Assembly (NCBI RefSeq): GCF_009914755.1
Contig: NC_060933.1
Direction: 5' to 3' (one strand)
DNA length: 64,000 bases
Source: the human T2T-CHM13v2.0 reference genome, Homo sapiens
Positions 28,522 to 42,900 of the stretch are shown in pieces (the stretch's first letter is position 1; each line of letters starts with the position of its first letter). The notes beneath the pieces were generated by a model that saw nothing but the letters and a program-made list of their open reading frames with translations, had not been told where the DNA came from and ran no database searches. The position numbers and the translations under genes were made by a program.

Positions 28522-30149
28522 CCCTTAATAATAATATCCACATCAGTTACAGCTCTTGCTTGCCCCTATCCCTGGAGGCATTCATTACGTAACTTTGCAC
28601 TACACACAGGAAGGCGCAGAATCACCTTTGCATGGAAAGCAACTGATGAGAAGTGAATGCTCCAACAGCAGGAGAAAAGCAAGGGGAATTTGCTTGTTTT
28701 TTCCAACTAGGTCAGATTCACAGAGGCAATGGGATTTCATGAGTAATTTGAGTGAAAGAAAGGTCAGATATATCTGCAAGCTGAAGGAGGAGGCTACAGG
28801 CAAAAGCGAGTCCATCTTATTTAACATCACAGGATGAAGGCCACTAGCATCATAGGATGAAGGAGAAACAGGCCATTCTGCACCTGCTGGAGGGAGGGAA
28901 CTGTGGAAGTGCAGAGGCAAGTCTAGTCAGAAAGGGAGAGGGCAGGATATGTTTAGGCACGTGCTTGTCGCTACTAATCATTTCTGCTGGCCACGTGGCT
29001 TATGTGGTATGTCTATCTCCTGGCAACTTACATAGTGTGGCAACTTAAAGAAGAGACACATTTTAAACGGCAGGCATTTTTCTTACAAGATCAAATACTA
29101 TATTATTCATCTATGGTCACCTTTACAAAGGTTTCTTAAAATACAAATTTTGCCTTTATAAAGGCAATGTGGACAAATTACTTAACATTTCTGAGCATTA
29201 GTTTCCTCATCTACAGGAATAGTAGAGTAGCTATTAACTGATAAATCTGTTGGGAGGGTTAAAACACAAATACTGTGTTCAGTTTGGTGTCTGGAATGGC
29301 GTAAATTATCAGTTAATGCTGGCTTTGCTTTCTATTTTTCATTATTTCTCAAAATCCCTTCAAGGACTGGAACTTAAAACTCTACATATAGATGTACTTT
29401 TTCCATGATCAGTTATGGGCTGTGTCTCCATTGTATCCTATTGGCAACACGAACAGAATAAAGATTAGTTTTAACAACTGACCAGAAAAGAAAAAAAAAA
29501 GGAAGTAGAAAAGTACATCTACAGCTGCCAGCCATGAAATGTGCTGCTAAAATAACAATAAATGACTTTCATATTCTGCAATATTGTGAATTACTCTGTC
29601 CTATTCACTAATGGGAAAATTTAGGACTTCCTTTGAAAGTTAGAAAATTGACAGAATGTAAGAATTGTTATACATAAAACTGACAAATATTTTTCAAGAA
29701 ACCAGTTTAGGTTAAATTATTTGCTAAGGTTAGTGATATATTATTTTAACTGGGCCATCATTTCTTTGCCAAGATATCTGTCACTGAGGTCCTCTATGGT
29801 CAGCCACAATTTAATGCCATTAACAAACAGGCAGGTGAAGCAAATCCATGAAGCCATGGGTGCAGTACAGGGTAACAGGGAGCAGTACCGACTGTGGCCA
29901 ATCAAATGCAATGGGGGTTGGGGAGTACCACCAGCTATGCAAAACAAAATACATTTGCAGACTGATTTCAACCCCAAAACTAGCAGTTTGCAACCCTTGG
30001 CAAACTCCTCAATTCTTTCATGATTTTCCCCTTTTCCCAACTCAGAGGTACCCCAAACTGTTATTAGTATAATACTTAGTACTAAGACAATTCATTGAAA
30101 AGGAGATAAAGAAAGAAATGAGCATTTTATTGTGCATATAAGCCTCAAT

Positions 30150-30290
30150 ATCACTGTTCTTCAAAGGTGTGGTCCATTTGAAAGGTGTGGTATATAAACA
30201 TCTCCATTAGAATCACGCAAGGAGAGGGCCCCAGAGTTCAATATTTAGTAAGCTTCCAGGTGATTCTTCACGCATTAAAGAGAACCCATT
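30150..30290. mobile_element. MER5A-like remnant
   Basis: CACTGTTCTTCAAAGGTGTGGTCC...ATTAGAATCAC...AAGCTTCCAGGTGATTCT...GAGAACC. Confidence 0.6.
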
Positions 30291-31389
30291 TCTCCCTAAA
30301 ATAATTAATTTACCTTGTAAAGTTTTTCTGTTCTACTCACATTGTCCTGTCATTCCAAAGTCTCTTGCTTCATTTACATATCCCAACTTTCAGTCTATGA
30401 TAAAATATTTTCTTTTCTTCTGGTGTATTTTAATCCAAAGAATCATTAGTTTGCAATCATCTGTTTTCATATATAACTTTTATTTTTATATGTTTTAGTT
30501 CATCCTTCATACTTACAGATAATGTGAAATTTATTAGTAAATGTGTGATATTCTAAATATCCATAAAATACAAATAAATCTTTAAATAAAAACAGACTGC
30601 CATTGCAAGTCAGGATTTTATAGAAATAATTCTGTAGATAAATTTTCTAAACTATCATTTGCAAATTTCAATCTGCATGAAAGTATGTTTTTTGGGAAAT
30701 AACAAGTCCGTTTTGAATATTTTTATCAAAACATTATAGCACAGTATATTTTGTTCACTCACTGTTTTATTCCTTCAATTATTTTTATCTCTATAATTGC
30801 TAAAAATCATTGAGTTTTTCTCTTCCTACCTTGCACAATATTTAATATTTTACCAATACTCAAAGTATAAAAAAAATCAGAAGAGTCTCCTTTCCAAACG
30901 ACTGCTACAAATCTATATGCCAATCAGTTTTTCTACAGCAGAATTTTGGAAACTAAGGATGTCAAGATTCAGGCCCCCCAAAAAGGTGGCACCATGGTTC
31001 TAGGAATCCTCCATGTTCCACCCATGCGTCAGCCCCTTGGATTGTAAAACCTAAATTGTGGAAGCTAATTTGGACCTGCTATATCACCTCTATCCTCTGA
31101 AAGAAGGATGACAGTGGATGATAAATGGATTCCTTGCCTCTTCACTCAACACCATTTCTTTTTTTTTTATTCATATAATTCTCTTTAACCAAGAGAATGG
31201 GTATAGCTTTAGTTTTGTTACTAAGGGTAAGGGAACTTTAATTCTACTTGCTTTAATTCTATGCTCACTGGAATCATCCTGCTCATCTTTCTTTTATTGT
31301 GTTTTATTTTTGTATTGCATTTTTTCTGCTCTCTTTATTTCCTTCTCTTCCAGCCACCTCAGAAAGTAAGAAATTGACAAAAGGACTGA

Positions 31390-31820
31390 TATTGTTTGGT
31401 CATCACACCAGAATGGGTCAGGAGGCAGAGGGAGTGAGGAGAAGGCATGGGTCAGGTCCTTTACTGTAGTTTTTTCAGAAAGAAACAGGCAAAGCGAGGT
31501 AGGCAGAATTAGAATTGGCTAATTTGAATATTTTCAGTGGACTGTGGTATGTAGGGATTGCCCTTAGTTGCCCTGTTACCCCTGGCCCTGGAGTGATATT
31601 ACAGAAGAGAGATCCCGGCTCAATCTCTGAGAGCTAAAGGAGGTGGTTGGTGGCTGTGTGCTCTGGACTGATTGGTTTGCACAGGAAAGGCATGCCGCAG
31701 GGAGTCACTTGTTAACTCTAGGAATTAGCTAGCCCAGAGAGGGCGGAGTCTTTAGGATTAGCAAAGCCCCAAATGCTGGATCATCAATAATACAGAAAAT
31801 AAGAAAATATAGTCAATACA
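31390..31820 (-). mobile_element. MER74-like ERVL solo LTR
   Basis: Minus strand begins TGTATTGACTATATTTTCTTATTTTCTGTATT...GGGCTAGCTAATTCCTAGAG...GCAAACCAATCAGTCCAGAG, matching the recalled MER74 consensus. Confidence 0.75.
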
Positions 31821-33687
31821 AAATATCATTTACAAAAGATGGGAAAAACTAGCTAAATTAAAACCACAAAGAATCTAAAGTATCACTTTAACCTAAAAAA
31901 AATGATCTATTCGCTACACTAGAATAAACAGAAAAATAAGAAACTTAAGAGTTTACATCCTTTCCTGTATTTTTCATGGCTATCTTTAAAATGAAATACT
32001 AACGAGCACAGGAGGCCTGGAAATCATTTTGTACAAGCAACCATTTCATAAATGATATATGAGATCATTCCCTGTATGACATATCTTTAATACATTTCAT
32101 TATTTGAAACACATAGTTTGGATTCCAACAAACAGAACAGTTCAAATTCTAGCCATTTACTCTTTCCTTTAAAAGTAATGTCTGGTAACACTTTTATATT
32201 TAAAATTAAAATAACAAAAGTAGATGCTTTTAGAACCTAATGGATATTACCAGACTTTGAATTTATACTCATTCACTTATAAAATGGGGGGAAAAGCCCA
32301 GGAAGTCAAATAAAATATACAATTGTTTTAACACACGACAACAAGGAGCACAGGGATACAAATAAGGTAAATCCTAGGACTGCCTCCACATAACCACACG
32401 GCTTCAGTTTCCACACAACAACATGGCAAGGAGGATCCCAAAAAGAACCCAGTGCTCTCACTGGGTTGAAAAACAGAGATCAGAATCGAGAAAGGCTTAG
32501 AATCCTAGAATGTGCATGACAGAATGCTGGAAAGGAAAGAGCTGAACAGAGAGAAAGCTCTTGAGATGTGCAGAAGGGTGCCCTTGAACCTGAAGCTCAA
32601 TAATAATGATCTACACGTGAGTGGGGTGAGAAAGAAACATGGGAACACATAGTCTGAACAATTCCCAAGGTTCACACAGGTTCACTGCACCACAAAGAAG
32701 GAATCAGTGAGTTTTCATAAGGGTATCAACGTAATAGTGAAGTTTAAGTAACTATGAAAGAGAGGCTGCTCTAAACTTACCCTAACAAAGCCTAAAAGCA
32801 AGACTACAAATTACTGAAGTGATCCCAAGTAAATCAGCTGCATGACAGAACAAAGTCCACCACTTTTCAAAGGAATCCAAAATATCCAGCAATCAACAAT
32901 GTAAGATTCACAATGTCTGGCATCTTACCCAAAACTATCAGGCAAATAAAGAAACAGGAAAAGGTGACCCATAACTCCAAGAAAGCTCAATAAATTTAGA
33001 CCCAGAAGACAAGGATGTTTTTTAAAAAGCAGTACTAGTTAGGTTCCACCACCTCAAGAATGTAGAGGAAAACATAAACATGAAGAAAAGAGAAAGGAAT
33101 GTATTTTTAAAGTCCCAAATGAACTTCTGGCAATTAAAAATACAGTATCTAAAATGAAAAATACAACAGATGGAAATAAGAGCAGATGAGACTGAAAAGA
33201 AAACATATGTGAACCTGATGACACAAAAATAGAAATTATCAAAAATGAAGCACAAAGGGAAAAAAAGACAGAAAAAAACGAGCAGTCTCAGTGTGGAACA
33301 AAATCGAGTTATCTAATATACTTGGAATTTGAGTACTAGAAGAAGAGAGAAAGGTGGGAATATAAAAGGAAAAATATTTGAAGAAACAGCATCTGAAAAT
33401 CTTCCAAATTAAATGAAAACTATAACACTATTGATCTAAGACCCTCAACAAACATCAAGCAGTAGAAACATAAAGAAAACTACATGAGGCAGTTCATAAT
33501 CATCCTGCTGAAAACCAGTAACAGAGAGAAAATCCTAAAAGCAGCCAGAGAGAGAAAGACACTTTACATGTAAAGACACAACTATTTACTGCTTACAAAA
33601 AACACTTTCAATATGAAGATAAAAATGGTTTAAAAATAAAAGAAGGGGAAAAGATACACCATGCTAACACTAATTAGAAGAAAACTA

Positions 33688-34110
<423 letters not shown>

Positions 34111-34193
34111 TTATAACATATCTGAACAGGATCTAGTTTGAGGCACTAAGAATAAGAAGATACTGGTTTGAAAAACGCCACTATCAGAACAAC

Positions 34194-35187
34194 ACGAATT
34201 CTGCTAAAATTGAAGTAAGAACAAATGCCAAATTTATAGTGAAACTCACGTGGAAGAACGGTGAAATCACTTTGAGGACAATGCCCCAAAGAAATCAGCA
34301 GTTTATAAGTGGATAGCTCATTTTAAGAACGGATGAAATGATGCTGAAGATAAGGCCCACAACAGCAGACCATCCACATCAATTTGTGAGGAAAAAATTA
34401 ATCTTGCCCTAATTGAAAAGCACTGACAATTAACAGTAGAAACAGTCGACACCACAGAAATCTCAATTGGTTCAACTTACATAATTCTGACTGAAAAATT
34501 AAAGTTTAGCAAACTTTTCACTCAGTGGGTGCCCAGGTCAGCTACAGTCAAGAGTGGAGCTTTCCGTGGAAATTTTAAACAACTAGGATCAAGAGCCTGA
34601 AGCATTTCTTTGAAGAACTATAACAAGAAATGAAACATGGCCTTACCAGTACGATCCTGAAAAAAAAGCACAATCAAAGCAATGGCTACGAAGAGGTGGA
34701 AGTCAAAGCAAATGCAGCAGAAGGGTCAAGAGCAAAGGTCATGACAAAAGGTTTTGGGGACACTGAAGGCATTTTGCTCACTGACTTTCTGAAGGGCCAA
34801 AGAACACCAACACCTGCTTATTATGAGAGTGGTTTGAGAAAGTTAGTCAAAACTTTAACAGAAAAATGCCTGGGAAAGCTTCACCACAACAATGTTCCTA
34901 CTCGTTCCCTCTCATCAAAAAAAGGACAATTCTGTGAGAATTTTTACAGAAAATTATTAGGCATCCACCTTATGGTCCTAATTTGGCTTCTTCTGACTTA
35001 TTTTTGTTTTCTAATCTTAAAAAAAAATTTAAAAGGCACCCATTTTTCTACAGTTAATAATGTAAAAAAGACTGCCTTGACATGGTTAAATCATCAGGAC
35101 CCTCAATTCTTTAGGAATGGACTACATGGCTAGTATCATTGCTTACAAAAGTGTCTCGAACGTGATGGGGCTTATGTTGGGAAATGA
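34194..35187 (+). pseudogene. Hsmar2 transposase pseudogene
   Basis: Start ATG>ACG, frameshifts and stops; the first two catalytic Asp of DD34D read Asn (ITRNETW, HHNN); YSPDLAPSD reads YGPNLASSD. Confidence 0.9.
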
Positions 35188-35960
35188 AGTTAATACTTTT
35201 TATCTTTTAATCAATTTTTCCACAAAATTTCTGAAGTCATCTCATATTAATAACAGACACAGATTTTAATGCAAATAATATTATCAGAAATAAAAACAAT
35301 CATTTCATAATGATAAACCGGTTAACTTATCGAAAGGACATAACAATCCTAAATGTTTATGTATCCAATAACAAAGCTTCAAAATATGAGAAGCAAACAA
35401 TGATGGAACTGCAGAGAGAAACGGACAAGTCTACGATTATACTCAGAGATTTTAATACCCCTTTCTCAATACTTAATAGATCAAGTAGAGAGAAAAGCAA
35501 TAAACCAAGTAGAGAGAAATACATCAAAGATAATAGAGGACTTTAACAACCCTGTTAACCACTTAACCAAACTGACATAGGCTGCTTTCCCAACAACAAC
35601 GAAAAACATTATTTTCAAGTGCACCTGAAGCATTTATCAAGATAAACTATATTCTGGGCTATAAAACCAGTCTCAATAAATTTTAGAAGAGTCATATAAA
35701 ATATGGTCTCAGACTACAATGGAATTAGAGATCAGTAACAGAAAGATACCTAGAAAAATCTCCAAATATCTGCAAACTAAAAATAAAACAAAAACAACAA
35801 GAAAAACCACTTCTAAGTAACACATAAGAAAAAAATCAAATAGATATTAGAAAGTATTAGAAACTAAGTAATAATGAAAACAACATATTAAGTGTGAAAT
35901 ACCACTGACTTGTACTTAGAGGTAAATAGGTAGTACCAGACACCTGTATTTAAAAATACA

Positions 35961-36261
35961 GAACTCATTTTTATAACTAATAATCTTAAGATAAAATACC
36001 CATTACAAATACTCAACTTCTCTAATATACTGGGCTTTTACTCAATTACAATTCACTGTACAACCCTTCACTCAAGCCTATCCACAAGCCAAAACCTGGT
36101 ATCACTTCTATTAGACCTAATGTGACTAGAAAAGTCTATACCAAAAACAATTTCACAAACCCAGATCACAGCCTCCATTACTGTAACTACTCAAAAAGGC
36201 CTAATTAAATTTTATTTCCTTTTTTATTCCACCCTTTTTTACTTTACTCTGAATTATCTAA
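35961..36261 (+). pseudogene. MT-ND5: NUMT: 3' part of mitochondrial ND5
   Basis: Mito-code translation NLKMKYPLQMLNFSNMLGFYS...SQNLVSLLLDLMWLEKSMPKTISQ...TQKGLIKFYFL parallels human ND5 KLKMKSPL..FSNMLGFYP...[24 protein letters not shown]...TQKGMIKLYFL; small frameshift before TAA at 36259-36261. Confidence 0.95.
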
Positions 36262-36487
36262 CCTGTTACCCTGAGTAATTTCAATCACAACATAAACACC
36301 AACAATGTTCAACCAGCAACTACCACCAATCAACACCCATAATTATATAAAGCACCCACACCCACAGAATCCTCACGAATCAACCCTGTCCCCTCACCCT
36401 CAAAAACCATTCAACTTCCCATACAATTAAAATTAACTACGACCACCAGCCCATCATACTCAGCTATCCATCAAATTAACACCAAAA
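36262..36487 (-). pseudogene. MT-ND6: NUMT: 3' part of mitochondrial ND6
   Basis: Abuts the ND5 stop as in mtDNA; CAATGTTCAACCAGCAACTACCACCAATCAAC, CGAATCAACCCTG and CCCATCATACTC match the recalled ND6 sequence; 4-nt deletion. Confidence 0.93.
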
Positions 36488-38602
36488 CTGAATTTCATCA
36501 AAATTAAAAACTGCTTGTCAAAAGACACTGAAAGAATAAAAAGACAAACCACAGACAAGGAGAAAATACTTGCAAAGCATACATACAGACTTGTATCCAG
36601 AAAATATTAATACACAAAAAAAATAAGAAATCAAGTAATCCAAAGGAAAAAAAATCAGTAAAAGGTTTCACACTTTATCGAAAAAGTTATACAGATGGCA
36701 AAGCACATGAGAAACTACTCAACAACATTAGTCATTAGGCAAATTAAAACCACAATTAGATACTTCACACCCATTTAAAATGGCAACATTTTTTTAAAAG
36801 ACTGACTATACCAAGTGCTAGCAAGGATATGGAACTCTCATACACTGCACAATATTAAAAATCACTTTGGAAAACAGCTTGGCAGTTTCTTAAAAAGTAA
36901 AACATACCCCTGGTAATGTGTTCCAGCCATTCCAGTCCTTGGATTTACTCCGAGCAAAAAAAAAAAAGAAAGGCACGTATCTATCAATAACCTATGCATG
37001 AATGTTCACAGCAGCTTTATTTGTCGTAGCCAAACACTGGAAACAATCCAAGTCTCCATCAGTAGATGAATGGATAAAGAAAATGTAGTACATCCATACA
37101 ACAAAATATGTCTCAGCAAAAAGGAGCGAACTATTGACACACAACAACATAAATGAATCTAAAAATGACTGAGTGGAAAAAGGCAAGCAAAAGTGGACAT
37201 ACTGTATGTTCCCTCAGGTGTAAAACGTAACTAAATACAAGTAAGTCTGCAGTGACAGGAATCAGATCAGTGTTTGGAGGGGGAGATAGGTGGGAGGGAG
37301 GATAAAAAAGAGGCACAGGCAACCTTCAGGTTTGATGAATATATTTGTTATCTTCATGGTGGTGATGATTTCATAGACACATGTAAGTGACAAAACATCA
37401 AATTCTACATATTAAATATGTGCAGCTTACTGAGTATCAATTACATCGCAAAAAAACTGTTATTACAAAATGTTATTACAACAAACTATAAGAGACAATG
37501 TAAATTCTATTTTACTAGGATCGTATTACCTACAAGCAAAATTTTTGCTATGTACGTTTTTCTTTATAATAGGATTTTACTAAGTTGAAAACCACACTTT
37601 AAACTTTTTTAAGGTAATTATGCTTCCCCAAAGGAACAAAATTCATTTTTCTTAGACCTGGCTTTCTACAGCAATGCCTCACTACAGCAGAGACACAAAA
37701 TCTTATTACTAGCCAAAACTTCACCCAGGGGAAAGTAAATAGGGCATTAATAAACACTAAAACAAAGTTTATTCATCATAAAGTCAGGAAATTCAATGCT
37801 AAGATACTCATGAGGGGAAAGAGGTAATGAATTTGTGGAAAAATAATAATATTCACTCTGTGACTACCAAATCGCTTCTTGAAATGAAATACTAATCCTT
37901 GGCACAGGAGATGGACTGTGGACCTCTCCATTCTTCAACAAACTATGCTCTTGCTCAGTTCTGGAAGAGCTCTCTCAGCAAGCCAAAGGCCTTTTCCTCT
38001 GGGCTGCCCACCAGGTCCACTGCCTCTGCCACGGTCAACATCAATTCCTGCCCCAGGTCTTTCATTGCCCTAGGTTCGGGCAGTCCGTCAGCGGCCGCTT
38101 TGAACCCCTCTTCACAGTCTTTCTCAGAAACTCATTTCATCACTCTCCCCATGGGCTTTTGTTTTTCAGTTCTTTTTAGAATTCCTTCTGCTTTTCAAAA
38201 CTTGGGACTTTTTATCTTCACGGGAAATCTAACGTGTAGGTGAACTATCTTCTTTAACCCTGAATGCATCTCAGGAAAAGGGTATCATGCCACTATTGCA
38301 GAATGGGAAGCTGCCCTGTCCCAGGTACATGTATACCCCTGTTGGGCTGACAACAGCTCTCACATGGAGGAAAAGATTCAGTTCCCTCGGTCAGATCCAA
38401 CTGTGGCCACTCCGTGCTTTTAACATTATAAAATCACCTGCACAACTATTAGGCTTCCACCACCTGCTGTGCCTAGAATCAGCCCCTCTTCATCAATATT
38501 TAGGTTCTGCTCTTGTTGGTAGATTTCGGGTCCAGCTTTCTCTGTGCTCAAAGTGCCCTCTTCTTGTGCTCAGTTTCCCCTCCTTAGCCACTCGAAGACC
38601 AA

Positions 38603-39337
<735 letters not shown>

Positions 39338-41061
39338 AGATAAAGAACTGAAACGGTAGAAAGGCAGAAACAAAAATACCATGGATGTTGTCTGCTTAGA
39401 ATAAAATATTTCAGGACCACTTCAGATGAAATTAAATCCCTACAGGCTAAATGAATCAATAAATTCAAAAGGTGAATTATATTCCTTTTTTCATTAGAGG
39501 AATCAAAAACTAAAGATTTCCTTTAAGTGTTTTCCAATTCTTATACAAATGATAATAGATGTATCAGGATGCCTAAGTGTTTATTTACCATACAGTTTCC
39601 TTCCTCTTGAACTACAAAGTTTATCTGGAACAACCTAATGCAATAGCAAAGCAAAAAAGTAATTTAAATTAGGCTATTAGACAAGGCAGTGACATTCTAT
39701 GTATTGAATGTATTTCCCAGACACTATCTCAAATGCTTTCCATTTCCCAATCCACAACACTGCTCTGTTCTAATAGATCTGGCCATCAGATGTAAATGGC
39801 CTTCAATTACATTTCATTCCAAATTAATTTTCGTAAGTGTACCAAACCAAAGGCAAGACAGTGCCGTTTGCCAAAACAGAGACACAATTAAGCCGGGGCT
39901 CTTAAAGAGGAACTCAGAGAGAATACCAGAGCCAGAATTCACTGGCTAAGTAACCCCTAAGTATGGGGATTTTATGGGAAATCACCTCCTGTGGCAAGGT
40001 GATTCTGCTCCCAGAGAGTCTGGGGGAAGTGATGCCACCAGCAAATGCACCCAGGTGAGGGCACCTTAATGGACAGTGCTCTTCTGCCTAGTGAGGTGTG
40101 ATGGCGGAGCCAAGAGCTTACTCCAGATAAAAATATTTTCAACCAATCATGGTAGGACTTCACTTTCTCCCTGAAGAAATTAAAGCATATTTACTCTTTG
40201 AGGTTTGCCTTTGGTCTGCATGCACCCCCAGGTCTGTTATTGCTAATCCAGGGAGATACAGTAACTCCTTCATAATGCAGCCAAGCAGCCCATTCAGTCT
40301 TATTCAACACCCCAATTCTCCCTCTGGCCTTTCCACCTGGCAGGTGGTAAATACAACTGTGGTTTTCTTAATGATTTCACACTCCTGTGATTCCCTGTAA
40401 TTTTCTAACACACCCGAATTACCATCCAGCGCCCTAAAGCATCAATTTAAGAATTTTTGCTGGACTGAAAGTTAATGCAATCATCAAAGTTTCCAATTTA
40501 AACTCAGGAATTAGCTTTACTGCCCAAGATCTTGCCTCCCTATACAATTAGCCTGATGCGACAGCCAATTTAACATTTCCTGACATGGAAGAATACAATT
40601 AAGGCCAACTTAGAAACAAAAAGTCATAAAATGTAGATGATGGAAGAGAGGTTACATTATATATAATACAGATTATACTAATGTATGTTTTATATAAGTA
40701 CATACTATGAATTTTACTAATACACTAACAGTTTTAAATATCGCACAGCAAAATCTTCAGTAGTTTGAAGAGCACTGGAAAACAACCCAGCTTACTTTCT
40801 AGCCACATCAACAGTTCAACACTATGGATTTTCCAGGAAATTGGGGGCAGCTCTTTCTTTAAATATGTGAAGGCATCAAATTCATATATCCATCAGGCAT
40901 GTAATGCATGCCTACTAAATGTAAGGCAAAAGGAGCAAAGTGTTGTCTTAATTTCAGGCATGCATTCCGTAGACACAGAGACCAGTACCCATTTCTCTAA
41001 CTCACCACCAAATTCTTCATGAGCAACTTCATGAGCCAAAGATCTGAACCTTGTTACGAAA

Positions 41062-41373
41062 GTGATGGCTTATGCCTGTAATCCCAGCACTCTGGGAGGC
41101 AGAGGCGGGCAGATCACCTGAGGTCAGGAGTTTGATACCAGCCTCGTCAACATGGTGAAACGCTGTCTCTACCAAAAACACAAAAATTAGCCAGGTGCAG
41201 TGGTGCACGCCTGTAATCCCAGCTACTTGGGAGGCTGAGACAGAAGAATCGCTTGAACCCAGGAGATGGAGGTTGCAGTGAGCCCAGATTTATGCCACTC
41301 CACTCCAGCCTAGGCAACAGAGCAAGACTCCATCTCCACAAAAAAAAACAAACAAACAAACAAACAAAAAAAA
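41062..41373 (+). mobile_element. AluSx-like, slightly 5' truncated, (CAAA)n tail
   Basis: Dimer starting at TGGCTTATGCCTGTAATCCCAGC. Confidence 0.95.
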
Positions 41374-41672
41374 CTGACTGAGTCACAAACTCCTCCTCTC
41401 TACTCTGCCCCGTGCTCCTGCTCAGTTCCACATTGCAAACCTGCATCACATCTGCCCTGGACACAAGTTTTCTTCCCAACTTGATTCAGTGTTATCAAAA
41501 AGTTACCAACGGCCCAACTGCACACACACATCAGGAAGAGAGGCACCTATGGCTTTTCAAAGGCAGTATGGTGGGCTATAATCAAAATCTGGGGTTGAAG
41601 GCAGGGGCAGTCCTCTTCCCATTCTGCCTATTCATCCTTAAAACATTAACTTTAAAAACATAGACTAAGATT

Positions 41673-42900
41673 TGAAGGGAGAAATAAAGATGTTCTTTGA
41701 AACCAATGAGAACAAAGACACAGCGTACCAGAATCTCTGGGACACATTTAATGCAGTGTGTAGAGGGAAATTTATAGCACTAAATGCCCACAAGAGAAAG
41801 CAGGAAAGATCTAAAATCAACACCGTAACATCACAATTAAAAGAACCATAGACTCAAGAGAAAACAAATTCAAAAGCTAGCAGAAGACAAGAAATAATTA
41901 AGATCAGAGCAGAACTGAAGGAGATACAGACATAAAAAACCTTTCAAAAAAAATCAATGAATCCAGGAGCTGGTTTTTTGAAAAGATCAACAAAATAGAC
42001 CCCTAATAAAGAAGAAAAGAGAGAAGAACCAAATCGATGCAACAAAAAATGATAAAGGGGATATCACCACCGATCCCACAGAAATACAAACCACCATCAG
42101 AGAATACCATAAACCCCTCTACACAAATAAACTAGAAAGTCTAAAAGAAATGGATAAATTCCTGGATACACACACCCTCCCAAGACTAAACCAGGAAGAA
42201 GTTGAATCCCTGAATAGACCAATAACAGGTTCTGAAATTGAGGCAATAATTAATAGCATACCAACCAAAAAGAAGTCTAGGACCAGACGGATTCACAGCC
42301 GAATTCTACCAGAGGTACAAAGAGGAGCTGATACCATTCCTTCCGAAACTATTTCAATCAACAGAAAAAGAGGGAATCCACCCGAACTCATTTTATGAGG
42401 CCAGCATCATCCTGACACCAAAGCCTAGCAGAGACACAACAAAAAAAGAGAATTTTAGGCCAATATCCCTGATGAACATCGATGCAAAAATCCTCAATAA
42501 AATACTGGCAAACCAAATCCAGCAGCACATCAAAAAGCTTATCTACCACAATTAAGATGGCTTCATCCCTGGGATGCAAGGCTGGTTCAACATACGCAAA
42601 TCAATAAACGTAATCCATCACATGAACAGAACCAACGACAAAAACCACATGATCGTCTCAATAGATGCAGAAAAGGCCTTCGACAAAATTCAACAGCATT
42701 TCATGCTAAAAACTCTCAATAAACTAGGTATCAATGGAACGTATCTCAAAATAATAAGAGCTATTTATGACAGACACACCGCCAATATCATACTGAATGG
42801 GCAAAAACTGGAAGCATTACCTTTGAAAACCGGCATAAGACAAGAATGCCCTCTCTCACCACTCCTATTCAATATAGTATTGGAAGTTCTGGCAAGGGCA
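41673..42900 (+). mobile_element. L1PA ORF2 internal fragment (sense part)
   Basis: [25 protein letters not shown] and [16 protein letters not shown]...[12 protein letters not shown]...[18 protein letters not shown] are L1 ORF2p RT motifs. Confidence 0.97.

Noticed and set aside
34630-35133. 167-aa ORF as a possible functional or domesticated transposase
   Set aside because: It is a mosaic of in-frame and out-of-frame Hsmar2 sequence with catalytic residues lost and no intact DNA-binding domain
36488-36560. Extension of the NUMT into tRNA-Glu or CYTB
   Set aside because: The sequence reverts to L1 ORF2 at about 36487; no tRNA is present
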